64,000 bases of DNA from Adineta vaga (Eukaryota; Animalia; Rotifera), in the NCBI GenBank assembly GCA_021613535.1, contig CP075494.1, forward strand, positions 4,588,001 through 4,652,000. The letters are read 5' to 3'. Numbering within the stretch: the stretch's first letter is position 1; each line of letters begins with the position of its first letter. The position numbers and the translations under genes are program-made. Below are positions 33,619 through 45,376 of the stretch, in pieces. The notes under the pieces were generated by a model. The model worked only from the letters and a program-made list of their open reading frames with translations, was not told where the DNA came from and made no database searches.

Positions 33619-36365
33619 GTTCCATACATAGGCCATGGCCAAAGAATCAGTAAACATATGGTTAATACGATCGCAGTAATTTTTGCTACTTTAGAATTAC
33701 GTGTAAGAAGGGACATTTCGCGTTCCATTTCATCAGAAGAAACAGGAAGAACATTTTTCTGTTCTTCATCATCACGTTTGATTTCTTGCATCGAAGTAAA
33801 ATCATAAGGTGCTTTGTCAGGTGCAACGAACGAAAGAACAAGAACGAATAAAATCGGGCTACATAGAGCAACGACATTGCCAACTAACATAGGAATATTC
33901 GATCCAGTAGTATGAATAGTAATTGAACCGTATAAAACTTTCGCTGTTATTAACCATGCACTAATCGAACAGATCATACCAAGTGGTGGAGACAAACAAG
34001 CAGCCCATTTACTCTGCCTATTCCACAATAGAGTTAAAGCTCCTGGTACTACAGCACTTGAAATAATGACACCCATAAACAAATACAAATAACCTAAATC
34101 AATATTAATATAATATAATCCAGTTGATACGGCGCTCATAATTAATCCAAAGGTAACTACTGATACATGAGAAATGTATATTAACTTTTTGCCACTGGCT
34201 TGTCGATTGAAATAAATCTTGTACACATCATAAGTAATGATAGAACTTACAGCAATCAGTTGAGCAGACATCGCACTGGTTACAGCCATGAAAACCATAA
34301 TTAATGTAGCAATGCCACCATTTCGACCTAAAAGAGCTACAGCAGCAGCAGGTAGAGTCAAACCAGCGAGAACATCATCGGGATGTAATCGATGAGGATA
34401 CGTTGGAAATGCTGGATTACTTTCGAGTGCTAAAGCAGCTAGTCCCATTGTTGTCGCACATAAAAATGGAACAGCAAACCATGAAATACCACCAAGAATG
34501 TAACCGGGTAGAGCAGAGACTGGTGACGCAGCAATTGCTTTATTGTAGTAGCCATTATCTAGAAATACTGTACCAAAATTTCCAATAATATTAATAACAA
34601 AAAAGATTGCTCCTTCTTTTGATTTCATCGTTAAATATGATCCTTCGGCATTGCCCTCAATCGGATGTACGCGACTGGCGTTGACAAGCAAATCATAGAC
34701 TTTTGACGTTGAACCAAGCACTGAAGATGATGCAAAGGTAACAAACGTAAAGTATAAAATGATAAGTAATACAACGACTGTATGAACATAATCAGTGAGA
34801 AAAGTTGCTTTAATTCCACCAAACATAGTATAAATTATTGTGCCGATTGGTAAAAGAAAACATGCAGCAGCAATGTGCATTCCAGTTAACGAGAGAATTA
34901 CCGCTGAACCACCTGTTAACAACATAGCAGTAACAAGAATATTTGTGCATAAACAAAAGATAATAAAAATTAAATGTACGGTTCGACCATATCGAGCATA
35001 AATGACTTCTAAAAATGTATGTGCGAATGGAGCTCGGCGTTTCAACTCAATGGCAATGATGCAAAAGAGAACAATTTGAATAGTCGCTCCGCTGGCATAC
35101 CAAAACGGCCCGGAAATTCCATAGGAGTAAGCGATTGAACTAGATTGTAGCAAAGTCGCAGCCCATGTCCACGATGACACAACAGCCGAAGCGATTAAAC
35201 CTGTTTTCACTGTACGATTGGCTGTGGAAAAATTTTCACTTGAATCTGTTGCCTCACCATGATAGTGTTTTAAGCAGTAAGTTGTGACAACCATACCCAA
35301 GGCGAACGCAGCACCTAAACCGATCACTATTCCATAGCCATCGCTTTGATTCAGAATGGGAGTTATTATTGACATCGAAGAGAATATAATGAATAACAAG
35401 AATGAAAATGACCTATGTATAAATATATGAAATACGATACATCATGTTTCATTTCGTGCTCTCGCTCGCTCTCTCTCTCTCTCTTTTCGCTTCCAAGCAA
35501 CAAAAAAAGCAACTATCTACAATAACAATGCGTAAGATCAGTTTAACTTTTCAATGATTCTGATCTATTCTGTGCAATGTAAATAATTTCAATCTGACAT
35601 AATCTAAAATAACTGCCATTTGTTGTCTATATATAATGCCCTTAATTTAGTTCTATACTATCGACGAATGTCAAATTTCTTAAGCTTCATCGGTTTATAA
35701 TAAAAAAAAGAAGAATAATCATGCGTACTCAACGTAACCTATCACTTCTCTCATATATTCAAAGCGATGTAAATTAGGAGTACCGTTAACAGTAAAAATA
35801 TGATATATTTTTAACACTTAGTAATCGAGTTAGGGATGAAGAACTATTCTCATTCTGTAGAAGTCAATCAAGCAGCTTATTCATTAATATTAATCCAGAT
35901 CCTCATCTGAATTAGCATCGAAATCGATTTTTTTACTATATGCTATCACTATGCTGTACCGTATAATACTATGATACATTTCGATTTTAATTAAAATACG
36001 CATAGACATAATTTGAAATGTTTCTCAGTGACATGTGATCAATATACTAATAAAAACATGAAAGAAATTTTATTTCGTTTTTATTACATGTCTAATCTTA
36101 ATGAAATATCTTCATTTATACGCCACAAATTGATCGGCTTGTGTTACTGATATAATGAAGTAAAATAAATTATTAAAGTTATGTGCAAAATAAGTTTTTT
36201 TAACTGGAAATCTGTTCTCTATGATAAAGAAAAGATGCATCAAAAGTATGTATAATAATCACGACTTAAATGAAGTGCAATGCACTATGTAACTTCTCAT
36301 TAATAGATGCATATAAGATATTAAAATCTCATAACAGTAAAGCAATCATTATCATAGTATAAATA

Positions 36366-36913
36366 TTAGGAATAATTAAAGAAAACTGATAGTAATATTG
36401 GCAAAGTAAGAAGAGTAAATGGAAACATTAGGAAAACGGCTGCTATCGGATGATCATCTCTAGGAAGAGATATGCCAAGTATTAATCGACCAACGCCTGG
36501 AATGTATGAAACAATTACACAGAAAACTAATCCACACATCCAGAAGAGTATATAAATGATCCCCATAGATGCATAAGCACCAGCCATTGGAATAACGTTT
36601 GTGTAAAGATAACATAAATTTTGGTAACTACGAGCCAGAAGAAAGCACAATAAGGTGCAAATACATAGTTAAACAGTCGATAACCAAATGCATTGTAACA
36701 GTTCCATGGAGTGGCTTGTTCGGCATTCATACACGATGATTGTATGTAGAAATACCAAATTGTATGTCCCAATAATGGTAAGGAATGGATGGCAAAATCA
36801 AAAAAATCAAACTTTAATTTACGATAATATTTATCGATTTCTTTTAACTTCAATTTTAAGTAGTAATTACCAGCTAAGATTGACAGTTAAGAAAAATAAA
36901 TCAAAGTCATTAT
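36366..36913 (-). pseudogene. Probable frameshifted multi-pass membrane protein of unknown family
   Basis: Two overlapping hydrophobic ORFs (36527-36853 and 36366-36650) in different frames, plus an upstream in-frame stop (MTLIYFS*LSILAG). Confidence 0.35.
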
Positions 36914-37093
36914 GAAGAAATTATAACGCACATATAGGTGTGATTCACTCGTTGCACTAGATATCACTGTAGATACATATGGCAAGAAAGAGAAGACTAT
37001 ATTGTTAAGACCAATATTATTGAAGAAATCAAATACAAAAAAAACATCAGAGATATAAAATTAGAATGATCAATTACTCGTTACAAAAATGAA

Positions 37094-37803
37094 TTAATTT
37101 AAATTAGAAAACAAATAATGAACAAGTAAACAAAGACAGAGAGAAACAATGGATGGGCTCGATAGCGACGAGATCCCATCGTTAACACATCTGTTCCAAC
37201 AAGCGCATTTACTTGATAAAGTAAAACTGAATATGTGTGGACCCGACTCGTCATTCACGTACAATGTATCTAGTTCCTGTGAACAAACTAGATTTACTGT
37301 CAATTCACGTCCATCTGTTGAATAGATGATTGATGCACTGCCACCTTTTGAGATTGACCATGTGACAAATGAATTGAAACCAAGTGGGAAAGAGATAGAA
37401 CCATCTTTATATACTAAAGAGCAGACAAGGCAATCTAGAATCGAATCAGTAAAGAGAAGATATTTACTTTGACATGCAGCTACGTTATTGCATAGAGGTC
37501 TTTCGGAGAATGAATAGCAGGGATTATAGCTGTTTTTTTTATAACAAATGTCAATATATGAATTTAGAAATAATAGAGATTGAACACTTACGAATAAAAG
37601 TAATCGTTCTTCTCCAAATTTCGAAAGGCAGGCACACCACCCTCCAAGCCAACTTGAGATAAGCTGATACGACCGAATCGTCCATCCTCATAGCTGCAAT
37701 CACCATTATTTTGAGCGCTTTTATTAGCAATTGAGACAAGTTCACCACATTGGCAACAGAGAAGAAGAACAATAACAACAAGGAAGACTTTCAATAGAAA
37801 CAT
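37094..37803 (-). CDS. Secreted/GPI-type single MRH (mannose-6-phosphate receptor homology) domain protein, 3 exons
   Basis: Signal peptide from ATG 37803. Spliced sequence (introns 37591-37530 and ~37468-37414): YFYSYNPCYSFSERPLCNNVAACQIYKDG...DGRELTVNLVCS...FTLSSKCACWNRC, then a Ser-rich linker and a hydrophobic tail. Confidence 0.65.
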
Positions 37804-38719
37804 TCTATAGAATACGAAAGAAAATAACAAAATGAGTAATTTTATGTAGTTTGGTTTAAAAAGAAGACGTAAACAGAATGTATGAAATACTCAGACTGAA
37901 GACTAGAGAACTATGTGGTACTGTAGGATTATTATGTTACGAGTATAGAAAAATTCTGATGAAATGAAAGACTAAGGTTGATACTATCCTGGCAATTGTA
38001 AAGTAATTATGAAGAAGTTCGTATAGATTTCAGTGATATTCTCTATGGATTCTTCCATATCTGAGTAATTTTGAAAAGAAAAGCCCCACTCATGACTCAC
38101 TTTAAGTGATAATAGTGTGTTATCAGCATGTTAGAAAAGATTGAAAAAGAAAGAAGAGTTTGAAATAAACAAAAGAATAAAATTTTCATTCTACAATACG
38201 AAAACTATCTTTCTTTATTGATAGATAAGAAATAAAAATTGATTTTATTTTATTTAAAAAACAAATTCTGATTCATCGTTTTCATGAATATCCTTGTTCG
38301 TAAACAATAGAATTGCTGATAGAAGTGGAAATAATCAAAGCCGGTTATACAATCTATAGTTTGGATCAATCGAAAATTATTATTATCTTTATTGTAAGGC
38401 TAAAAACAGAGATCAAGTGAAATACGATAACGTATAAATATTAGACATAACAAAAATAATCTAATCTTTCATATAACAAGATCAATACTAAATCAAGGTG
38501 ATAATATTTATGCAAGATAAAATGATTGATCAATTAAGAATACAGATTTATAAAAACTCGGTATATTTTACTCTCCTAAAAACGAACTGCGTTATTAAAT
38601 ATTTCAATATAATACTAAATAAATTTACCAACAAGAGAAAAGATTGTGATATTATTTTTCTCTCATCTCTTTTCCTTTATATATACTTGCACATATTGAT
38701 GTTTTATTAAATAAGAATT

Positions 38720-41700
38720 ATGAAGTATTTGATCGTTACTCTCTTCTTCTATTCGGCGATTGCTTCGCCTCAAATAAATCTCTATCATACTAATGATGAT
38801 TATCAACAACATCATTGTCTTTATATTGATCTAAGTGAAAATCAATGGTCTCATGACATCATTCCGTATTGTATGAGTGAATTAACATCGAAATGGTCTA
38901 TTGAACAAGCGAATTATCATTCACATTTAACTTTTACTGAACTTAAACATCGAAATATCACCAGTACTCAATTACATCAATGGTCAGCATCAATCGATAC
39001 AAGTGAACGTTATCAATTATATCTAAACAATGATCATCACTTCTCTGTATCTGGTGAAAATATATTCTATAATTGTACCTTACCATCATTTGGTCCACAA
39101 TGTCAATATCAATTGGAAAACTATGATTCGACATTAACATTGAATGAATTTGTTCGTCGTTATTATCTTCAACATACGAAAGCATCCGAATCTTTAACAT
39201 GTTATACGCATTTACGATGTAATCGTGGTCTCACATCAGTATGTCTCGATTGGAGTGAAATATGTGATGGAAAATTTGATTGTGATGATAGAAGTGATGA
39301 AGAACATTGTTCATCATTGCTCAATAATGAATGTGGAGCAGATGAATTTCGATGTAATAATGGTCAATGTGTACCGTCAAAATTTGTCAATGTTGGCGAT
39401 AGTTTTGAATGTCTTGATCAATCTGATCAATATGGTACATTTTCAAAGAATTCAATGTTAAATGAATATCGTGCACCAACAATTCGAAATGAAGATATTG
39501 TTTGTTCATGGCATAATTATAGTAAAACTCAATTTCTTCGTCCTCTAACAAGTTCGTGTCAATTTTCACGTCATCAAAGAATTCAACAAGCAATGCTTGA
39601 TGAACAAGCAAATGCAATGATAAGCCATCGATGTTTCTCAGCACTTCAGTGTCATTTGAAAATTTCCACATATAACGAGTCCTTATGTTCAAACATTTGT
39701 AAAAACCAACCATGTATCGAGATTATAGCAATGATGTGTCCGTCTATGTTTTTTTATCCATCAGTTCCGATTGCCTATGGTCATATTTATTTCGCATATA
39801 CAATAGAATATATGACTAATTCAACAAATATGGAAAAAATGCTACCTGAATATATATGTTATGATCAACAGCAATGTGGTGAATTTAAATCGGATGCTAC
39901 AGTATTAAACGAACGAATGACATGTAGTCGTCCAAATGATTTTCCAATATCAGATCATTTCTTTGAAAAAGATTGGTTTTCTAGTTATATTGGAAGAATC
40001 CATTTAGAACTTGCTCATTGCAATCCAGCTACGTATAATAAGTCAGGTTGTGACAGTTCAATCATGTATCAATGTAAGAATTCTTCGAGATGTATTTCAA
40101 AATCTTATATCGGTGATGGTATTCGGGATTGTGATTATGGTGATGATGAAGAACAACGTACAATTAATAATGAATGTTTGATCGATAAAAACGGAATATT
40201 TTTCAAATGTCGAACAGAAAACAAATGTATTCATCGAAATCGAGTTGAAGATGGTAATTGTGATTGTTCACGAGATGAAGATAATATGTGCGATGATGAA
40301 AATTTAAAATCAAATCAAAATAGATTAGAAATCAAATTTTCAACAATATGTGATCGATCACTTGATCTTTTACCTATTTTAATTGATGGAAGTAGCCATA
40401 CAGATGAAACTGATTGTGCCCAGTGGCCATGTAACAATACATATACCCGATGTGATGGTTTTTGGAGTTGTCTCGATGGAGCAGATGAAGTTGATTGCCA
40501 TCCATCACCGCCAATCTCATGTCCAATTCATCATCATATATGCATTTCATCTCGAACATATCAACCACAATGTTTACCAATACATAGAGCTCATGATGGT
40601 AATATTGATTGTGTTGGTGGCATTGATGAACCAACATTATGTCCAGTAGGAAATCGTCATAGAGAACCAAGACAATTTTATTGCAAAAATGGTAATACTA
40701 GTTTATGTTTACCATGGTACGCTGTTTGCGATGGACAAATAAACTGTGAAAATGGCGATGACGAACTATTTTGTAATTCATCTATGATCGATATCCTTCA
40801 AATTGATCCACATGTTCGTTATCGTAATGATGTTCAACCACACACGAAAGAGATCAATCGAGAATTAGCGATAATGGACAATTATTGTCATCGTGGTCTT
40901 CTTGTGCGAGTTACATTAGATAATCGTCGAAATTTAACAACAAGAACATGCCTTTGTCCTCCTGCTTATTATGGTGATCGATGTCAATATCAAAATCAAC
41001 GTGTTACTTTAACAATGGAACTCACTTCATCTATAGAATCTCGACGAACATTATATGTACTGTTCGTTTTATTAATTGATGATAGTAATGAACAAATCAT
41101 TCATTCTCATGAGCAAATATCCTATTTACCAATGCGAGATGAATTTGTTAAGTATAATCTTTATTTGCTTTATGCTGATCGACCAAAAGATACTCGAAAA
41201 CAATATTCGATACAAGTTCATATTTATGAAAAGCAAACATTACACTATCGAGGAAGTATGCTGCTACCATTAAAAACTCCATTTTTACCGGTTGAACGTA
41301 TTGCAGTAAAAATCGATATTCCATCTGCAAAAGATATCATTCCAACTTGTACTAACAATCGATGTATGCATGGTAGATGCATTCAATATTTACATGATTC
41401 GAAAGCCAATAGTTTCTGTCAATGCGATTCGGGTTGGACTGGACGATATTGTAATATTTCGTACAATTGCATGTGTTCATTAGATTCATTATGCATTGGT
41501 ATCGATGCTAATAATCGATCGATATGTGCGTGTCCTCTAAACAAATTTGGTTCTCAATGTTTATTACCGAACACAATATGTCAAACTAATCCATGTTTAA
41601 ATGGAGGTGTATGTATACCTTCTGATGAACATAGTACGTCACATCCACCATATTTATGTACTTGTGTACGAGGCCATCATGGAAGAAGATGTGAAATGCC

Positions 41701-42409
41701 AGATCATAACGTAACGATTTCATTTCCTAATGAGTTTAACATATCTTCACAATCTTCCATTATGTTTCATTTTATTAATTTTATTAATCGTAATTTACAT
41801 ATTCATCATAAAAGTCCAGCAAGAGTATGTGATAAAAAAACATCAATTACTAATTATTGGTCACATCCATTTAATGCAGTTTTTGTTCAATTACTCTCAA
41901 CAGTTCAGTATTATTTAGTTTCAACTGAAAAAGTTGATTTCCCATCAACTATTGTTCGACAACTTCATCCATCTGATCGTTGTCGATCAATCATGGAAAT
42001 ATTTCCTGAGAGGATTACTAAGATGCATCGTATTCGACGAATCAAACATTATCATGAACCATGTTGGAATCGTTCAGCAGATTTATCTTGTTTTTATGAT
42101 GAAAATGATATGTGTCTATGTCAAAATGATGGTACACAACGTATAGCAAATTGTTTTGAATTTAAACATCGAATGAAACTTGATGATCTGAATCTGGCTT
42201 ACAATCAAATTGAAAATGACTGTCGAGTAGATCCTCCATCTAGTGTATCAACTTCATCCATATCAACTATATCATCAAAGTCATCTACTTCAACTATTCG
42301 ATCATCAACTACAGTTAAAAATAATGGTATATCTTCTATTTATAAATGTAAAAACTTTTTACTTATTTTCATTTTGATGTTTTATTTTCTTGTTCACCAT
42401 AAGCCATAA
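38720..42409 (+). CDS. Secreted/surface protein with LDL-receptor class A and EGF repeats, single exon, 1229 aa
   Basis: Signal peptide; LDLa repeats (CDGKFDCDDRSDEEHC, CDGFWSCLDGADEVDC); EGF repeats (CLCPPAYYGDRCQ, CQCDSGWTGRYC, CLNGGVC); Ser/Thr stalk and hydrophobic C-terminus. Confidence 0.88.
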   Translation: MKYLIVTLFFYSAIASPQINLYHTNDDYQQHHCLYIDLSENQWSHDIIPYCMSELTSKWSIEQANYHSHLTFTELKHRNITSTQLHQWSASIDTSERYQLYLNNDHHFSVSGENIFYNCTLPSFGPQCQYQLENYDSTLTLNEFVRRYYLQHTKASESLTCYTHLRCNRGLTSVCLDWSEICDGKFDCDDRSDEEHCSSLLNNECGADEFRCNNGQCVPSKFVNVGDSFECLDQSDQYGTFSKNSMLNEYRAPTIRNEDIVCSWHNYSKTQFLRPLTSSCQFSRHQRIQQAMLDEQANAMISHRCFSALQCHLKISTYNESLCSNICKNQPCIEIIAMMCPSMFFYPSVPIAYGHIYFAYTIEYMTNSTNMEKMLPEYICYDQQQCGEFKSDATVLNERMTCSRPNDFPISDHFFEKDWFSSYIGRIHLELAHCNPATYNKSGCDSSIMYQCKNSSRCISKSYIGDGIRDCDYGDDEEQRTINNECLIDKNGIFFKCRTENKCIHRNRVEDGNCDCSRDEDNMCDDENLKSNQNRLEIKFSTICDRSLDLLPILIDGSSHTDETDCAQWPCNNTYTRCDGFWSCLDGADEVDCHPSPPISCPIHHHICISSRTYQPQCLPIHRAHDGNIDCVGGIDEPTLCPVGNRHREPRQFYCKNGNTSLCLPWYAVCDGQINCENGDDELFCNSSMIDILQIDPHVRYRNDVQPHTKEINRELAIMDNYCHRGLLVRVTLDNRRNLTTRTCLCPPAYYGDRCQYQNQRVTLTMELTSSIESRRTLYVLFVLLIDDSNEQIIHSHEQISYLPMRDEFVKYNLYLLYADRPKDTRKQYSIQVHIYEKQTLHYRGSMLLPLKTPFLPVERIAVKIDIPSAKDIIPTCTNNRCMHGRCIQYLHDSKANSFCQCDSGWTGRYCNISYNCMCSLDSLCIGIDANNRSICACPLNKFGSQCLLPNTICQTNPCLNGGVCIPSDEHSTSHPPYLCTCVRGHHGRRCEMPDHNVTISFPNEFNISSQSSIMFHFINFINRNLHIHHKSPARVCDKKTSITNYWSHPFNAVFVQLLSTVQYYLVSTEKVDFPSTIVRQLHPSDRCRSIMEIFPERITKMHRIRRIKHYHEPCWNRSADLSCFYDENDMCLCQNDGTQRIANCFEFKHRMKLDDLNLAYNQIENDCRVDPPSSVSTSSISTISSKSSTSTIRSSTTVKNNGISSIYKCKNFLLIFILMFYFLVHHKP

Positions 42410-43492
42410 ACTGAGTTTTCTTTCTAGAGAATAGTTTGCTGCTTCTACAATTTATTTGCATTGCTTTTAGAAATAAAAATCCACAGATTATTATATTTAG
42501 TTATACATTATATCAGTGAAAATCATATCATAGTTGTTTAATCCGACTGTTCTAGCACATTGAGCAGCAGATTTTCTATTGCCTTTAGAGTGCAAATTTT
42601 TGATCAACTACAGAGTTTCATAAAGCTGTTTCTATGAATAAAAAAAGATGAATATATATAACGTAAAATAAAACAAAGCAACTCGGCACACGTTAAATTA
42701 CGTGAAAGGGTATTAATTCTCAAGGAACGAACGTTGACAGTATACCGATAAAGTCTGAAACTTTTCTCGAACTTCTGGGTGAGCAGACTCCTAAACAACC
42801 GATATGAATTTTGTTAATGGTTGATCCTTAGCGTATCAACATGGAGAATGCTTTTGGTGTAATCTCATAATTGAATAGAGTGTCTAAATTGATAGCCTTT
42901 TGAGCTGAAGTAATTGATTTGACTTCATTTTCTTTCGATGTACTTGTTTGTGGTCAAGTTCATGGGACACAATTAATTTTGCACCTTACATACCAAAAAT
43001 AATCCTATCAATTGCTCTGTTTAGATCATAGAATGAATAATGAATTTCTTGTAAGCTGAAATATTCAAATATTGAAAACCATAATTCAGGTGAAAACTCT
43101 TCGATCAATGTATGTAGAGCTGGAGATGAGTGAAAAATACATGTAGTCTTTCATATCATCTACAATCTCGCTCATATTTTCATTGATACTAATACACTTG
43201 CTCAGCAACTTAAAAAGAAAAAGACAAGAAGATAATACTACTATGGCTTCAGTCTTGTTAAAATAAGCATTATTATACAGTTATTTTTCTTTCTTGATGG
43301 TTGTGTACGAGTACAAATGTTACTTCATCGATGTTTTGATCTTAATACTATAGGGTGTAAGTGTGAAAGACATTACACAGGCAACAAATCCATCGGATAT
43401 AATCCCTCACTAGTCAATATAAGCAATACAATAGGAAAAATAATAACTTTGAAACAGGATAGTATAAATGTATTATCTTTTGTAAAATACGA

Positions 43493-45217
43493 TTAGAAAT
43501 CAATCCAAATTCGAATATGATGAACATAACGAGAATCTCGTTTAATTGAACATCCCGATGGTAAATTGTGTTGTAACCAATAATCAAATTGATGTTCTTT
43601 CTGTGATAAATAACTTATTGAATCATCACCAAACAATCGAACAACCACGGCTCGTAAGTTACGCATCGTATTGATTAAATAAAGAATATCTGTTTGTTTT
43701 CTAACTTTAATATAAAGTATTTCACATCGAATGGCAAGTGATGAGCGACTTAATTCAATGCAATCTTCTTCAGAAAACCAATGATTGTAACCAAGAAAAT
43801 TAAGTTGTCGAATCGATGAATTAATAAATGGTTGACATCTTTCTAGCGTGGTATGTGGCCATGAACTAAACTTTAAAGTCGAAAGATTCGGTATATGATC
43901 AAGTACTGTTTGTAATTGTGCATGTGCAGTTGTATTCGGCATGTCATTTGGTCGTGATACTTTTAGTAGATTTAATCGATCTAGTTTTTGAACGAATGAT
44001 AATAGATGATCATTGATTGGAAGAGTAATCGATAAACTATTAATATTTGGAAATTTCAAATCGGATATAGTCATTCCTTCTTTTGCAGATGAACGATAAA
44101 TTAAATGTTGTACATATTCATATGATGAATAGTCTTCTTCATTTGAACATGTAGATTTATATAAGACAGGAAAATGAATATCAAGATTAGAAAAATTATA
44201 TGGTAAAGTATAGAGACAAATCATATTTGATTTATCATCGGGATTATAATGATAACGAATAAACCATTGATGTTCTTTTAACCAAAATGGTGTTTGAAAT
44301 GATTTTAATAAGTCTTGTCTATCTTTTTCACGAAGTATTTGGCATCGCATTTTCATTTGAAATACTTTTAATTTTGGTAAATAATTTCGTATAATTCTTT
44401 CCCATTCATATCCATCGATATCTACATAGCATGTTTCAATCTTTAACTGACATAGATTTGGGATATATTGTAATAAATTTTCGATCATTTCATGTTGTAC
44501 ACCAACAAAAACAAAATTAACTTCTTTAATCGATGGAATCATTGTATGTACTCCTTTATCATTAGGAAGACCAGTTAAATCTAATGCGAGATATCGAAGA
44601 TGAGGGGTATGTTCACAAAGATTGTTCACTTGTCCAACAGGAAATGTAACACCAATGATTGATAAATGTTCGATTGATAGTGAATATTTTGTTGGAATAG
44701 AAATAGTTAATCCTTGTTTGAAATCCATATTTAAATAACAATACCTTAATTTTGATAAACTCCAAATAGTATTGATAAAATGAAGAAATTCACTTTGTCT
44801 ACATCCAAAATAACATCCATTTAAACTCAGATGAATTAATTGAGGACATTCTAAAAGAATTTCGCTGATTATCTCACTGGAACGGAGATGATCGAATGAA
44901 AGTGAACGAAGATTCGGAAATCGATTGAGAGTCCAACCGGCTGATCGAAATAAATGAATTTGTTGAGGTGTTTCATCAGCATCAGATAAGCCAAGTGAAA
45001 CGATCTGATCGGTTATTAGTGGAAGATTGATTTGACAAATAATATCAAAATCTTGTTTTGATGCTGTTTGAAAATCAAAACGATATTTTCGAAAATGTGT
45101 CACAATTAAATCATTAAATCTTGTATTCAATTGATGAAATGCTCGAAGAAGATGAACAGCTGGTAGATATTCAAATACATCAAGTAATAATTCATTAGCA
45201 AACCTTTCCAAACTCAT
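43493..45217 (-). CDS. F-box/LRR-like protein, intronless
   Basis: MSLERFANELLLDVFEYL F-box; WERIIRNYLPKLKVFQ, FQTPFWLKEHQWFI and LYTLPY family motifs. Confidence 0.8.
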   Translation of the reverse strand: MSLERFANELLLDVFEYLPAVHLLRAFHQLNTRFNDLIVTHFRKYRFDFQTASKQDFDIICQINLPLITDQIVSLGLSDADETPQQIHLFRSAGWTLNRFPNLRSLSFDHLRSSEIISEILLECPQLIHLSLNGCYFGCRQSEFLHFINTIWSLSKLRYCYLNMDFKQGLTISIPTKYSLSIEHLSIIGVTFPVGQVNNLCEHTPHLRYLALDLTGLPNDKGVHTMIPSIKEVNFVFVGVQHEMIENLLQYIPNLCQLKIETCYVDIDGYEWERIIRNYLPKLKVFQMKMRCQILREKDRQDLLKSFQTPFWLKEHQWFIRYHYNPDDKSNMICLYTLPYNFSNLDIHFPVLYKSTCSNEEDYSSYEYVQHLIYRSSAKEGMTISDLKFPNINSLSITLPINDHLLSFVQKLDRLNLLKVSRPNDMPNTTAHAQLQTVLDHIPNLSTLKFSSWPHTTLERCQPFINSSIRQLNFLGYNHWFSEEDCIELSRSSLAIRCEILYIKVRKQTDILYLINTMRNLRAVVVRLFGDDSISYLSQKEHQFDYWLQHNLPSGCSIKRDSRYVHHIRIWIDF

Positions 45218-45376
45218 TCTATCAACGATAATGAAAAAATTGTTCTTGGGTGAATGTTTCGCAATAACACACTGTTATGACTACTTTCTTTCTTTTTCTC
45301 TTCTCAATAGTGATTGCACATGTTTAGTGTTGACGAAAAGTAAAATAAAACACAAGATAAATATACCGACTGACAT

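Larger units (their letters stand above)
27478..35375 (-). pseudogene. DUR3: DUR3-type urea/polyamine:Na+ (SSS family) transporter disrupted by an LTR retrotransposon
   Basis: ATG at 35375 (MSIITPILNQSDGYGIVIGLG), SAVVSSWTWAATLLQS, GGIKATFLTDY, NFGTVFLDNGY. Joining 35375-33619 to 27724-27478 restores one 667-aa ORF (...WPWPMYGT-AYVFSKSFFTAWIILG...). Confidence 0.9.

Noticed and set aside
38958-42146. Many short alternative-frame and antisense ORFs within the LDLa/EGF gene (likewise within GH31, DUR3, the NHL genes and ABCB1)
   Set aside because: Shadow ORFs of long coding regions, with no independent motifs.
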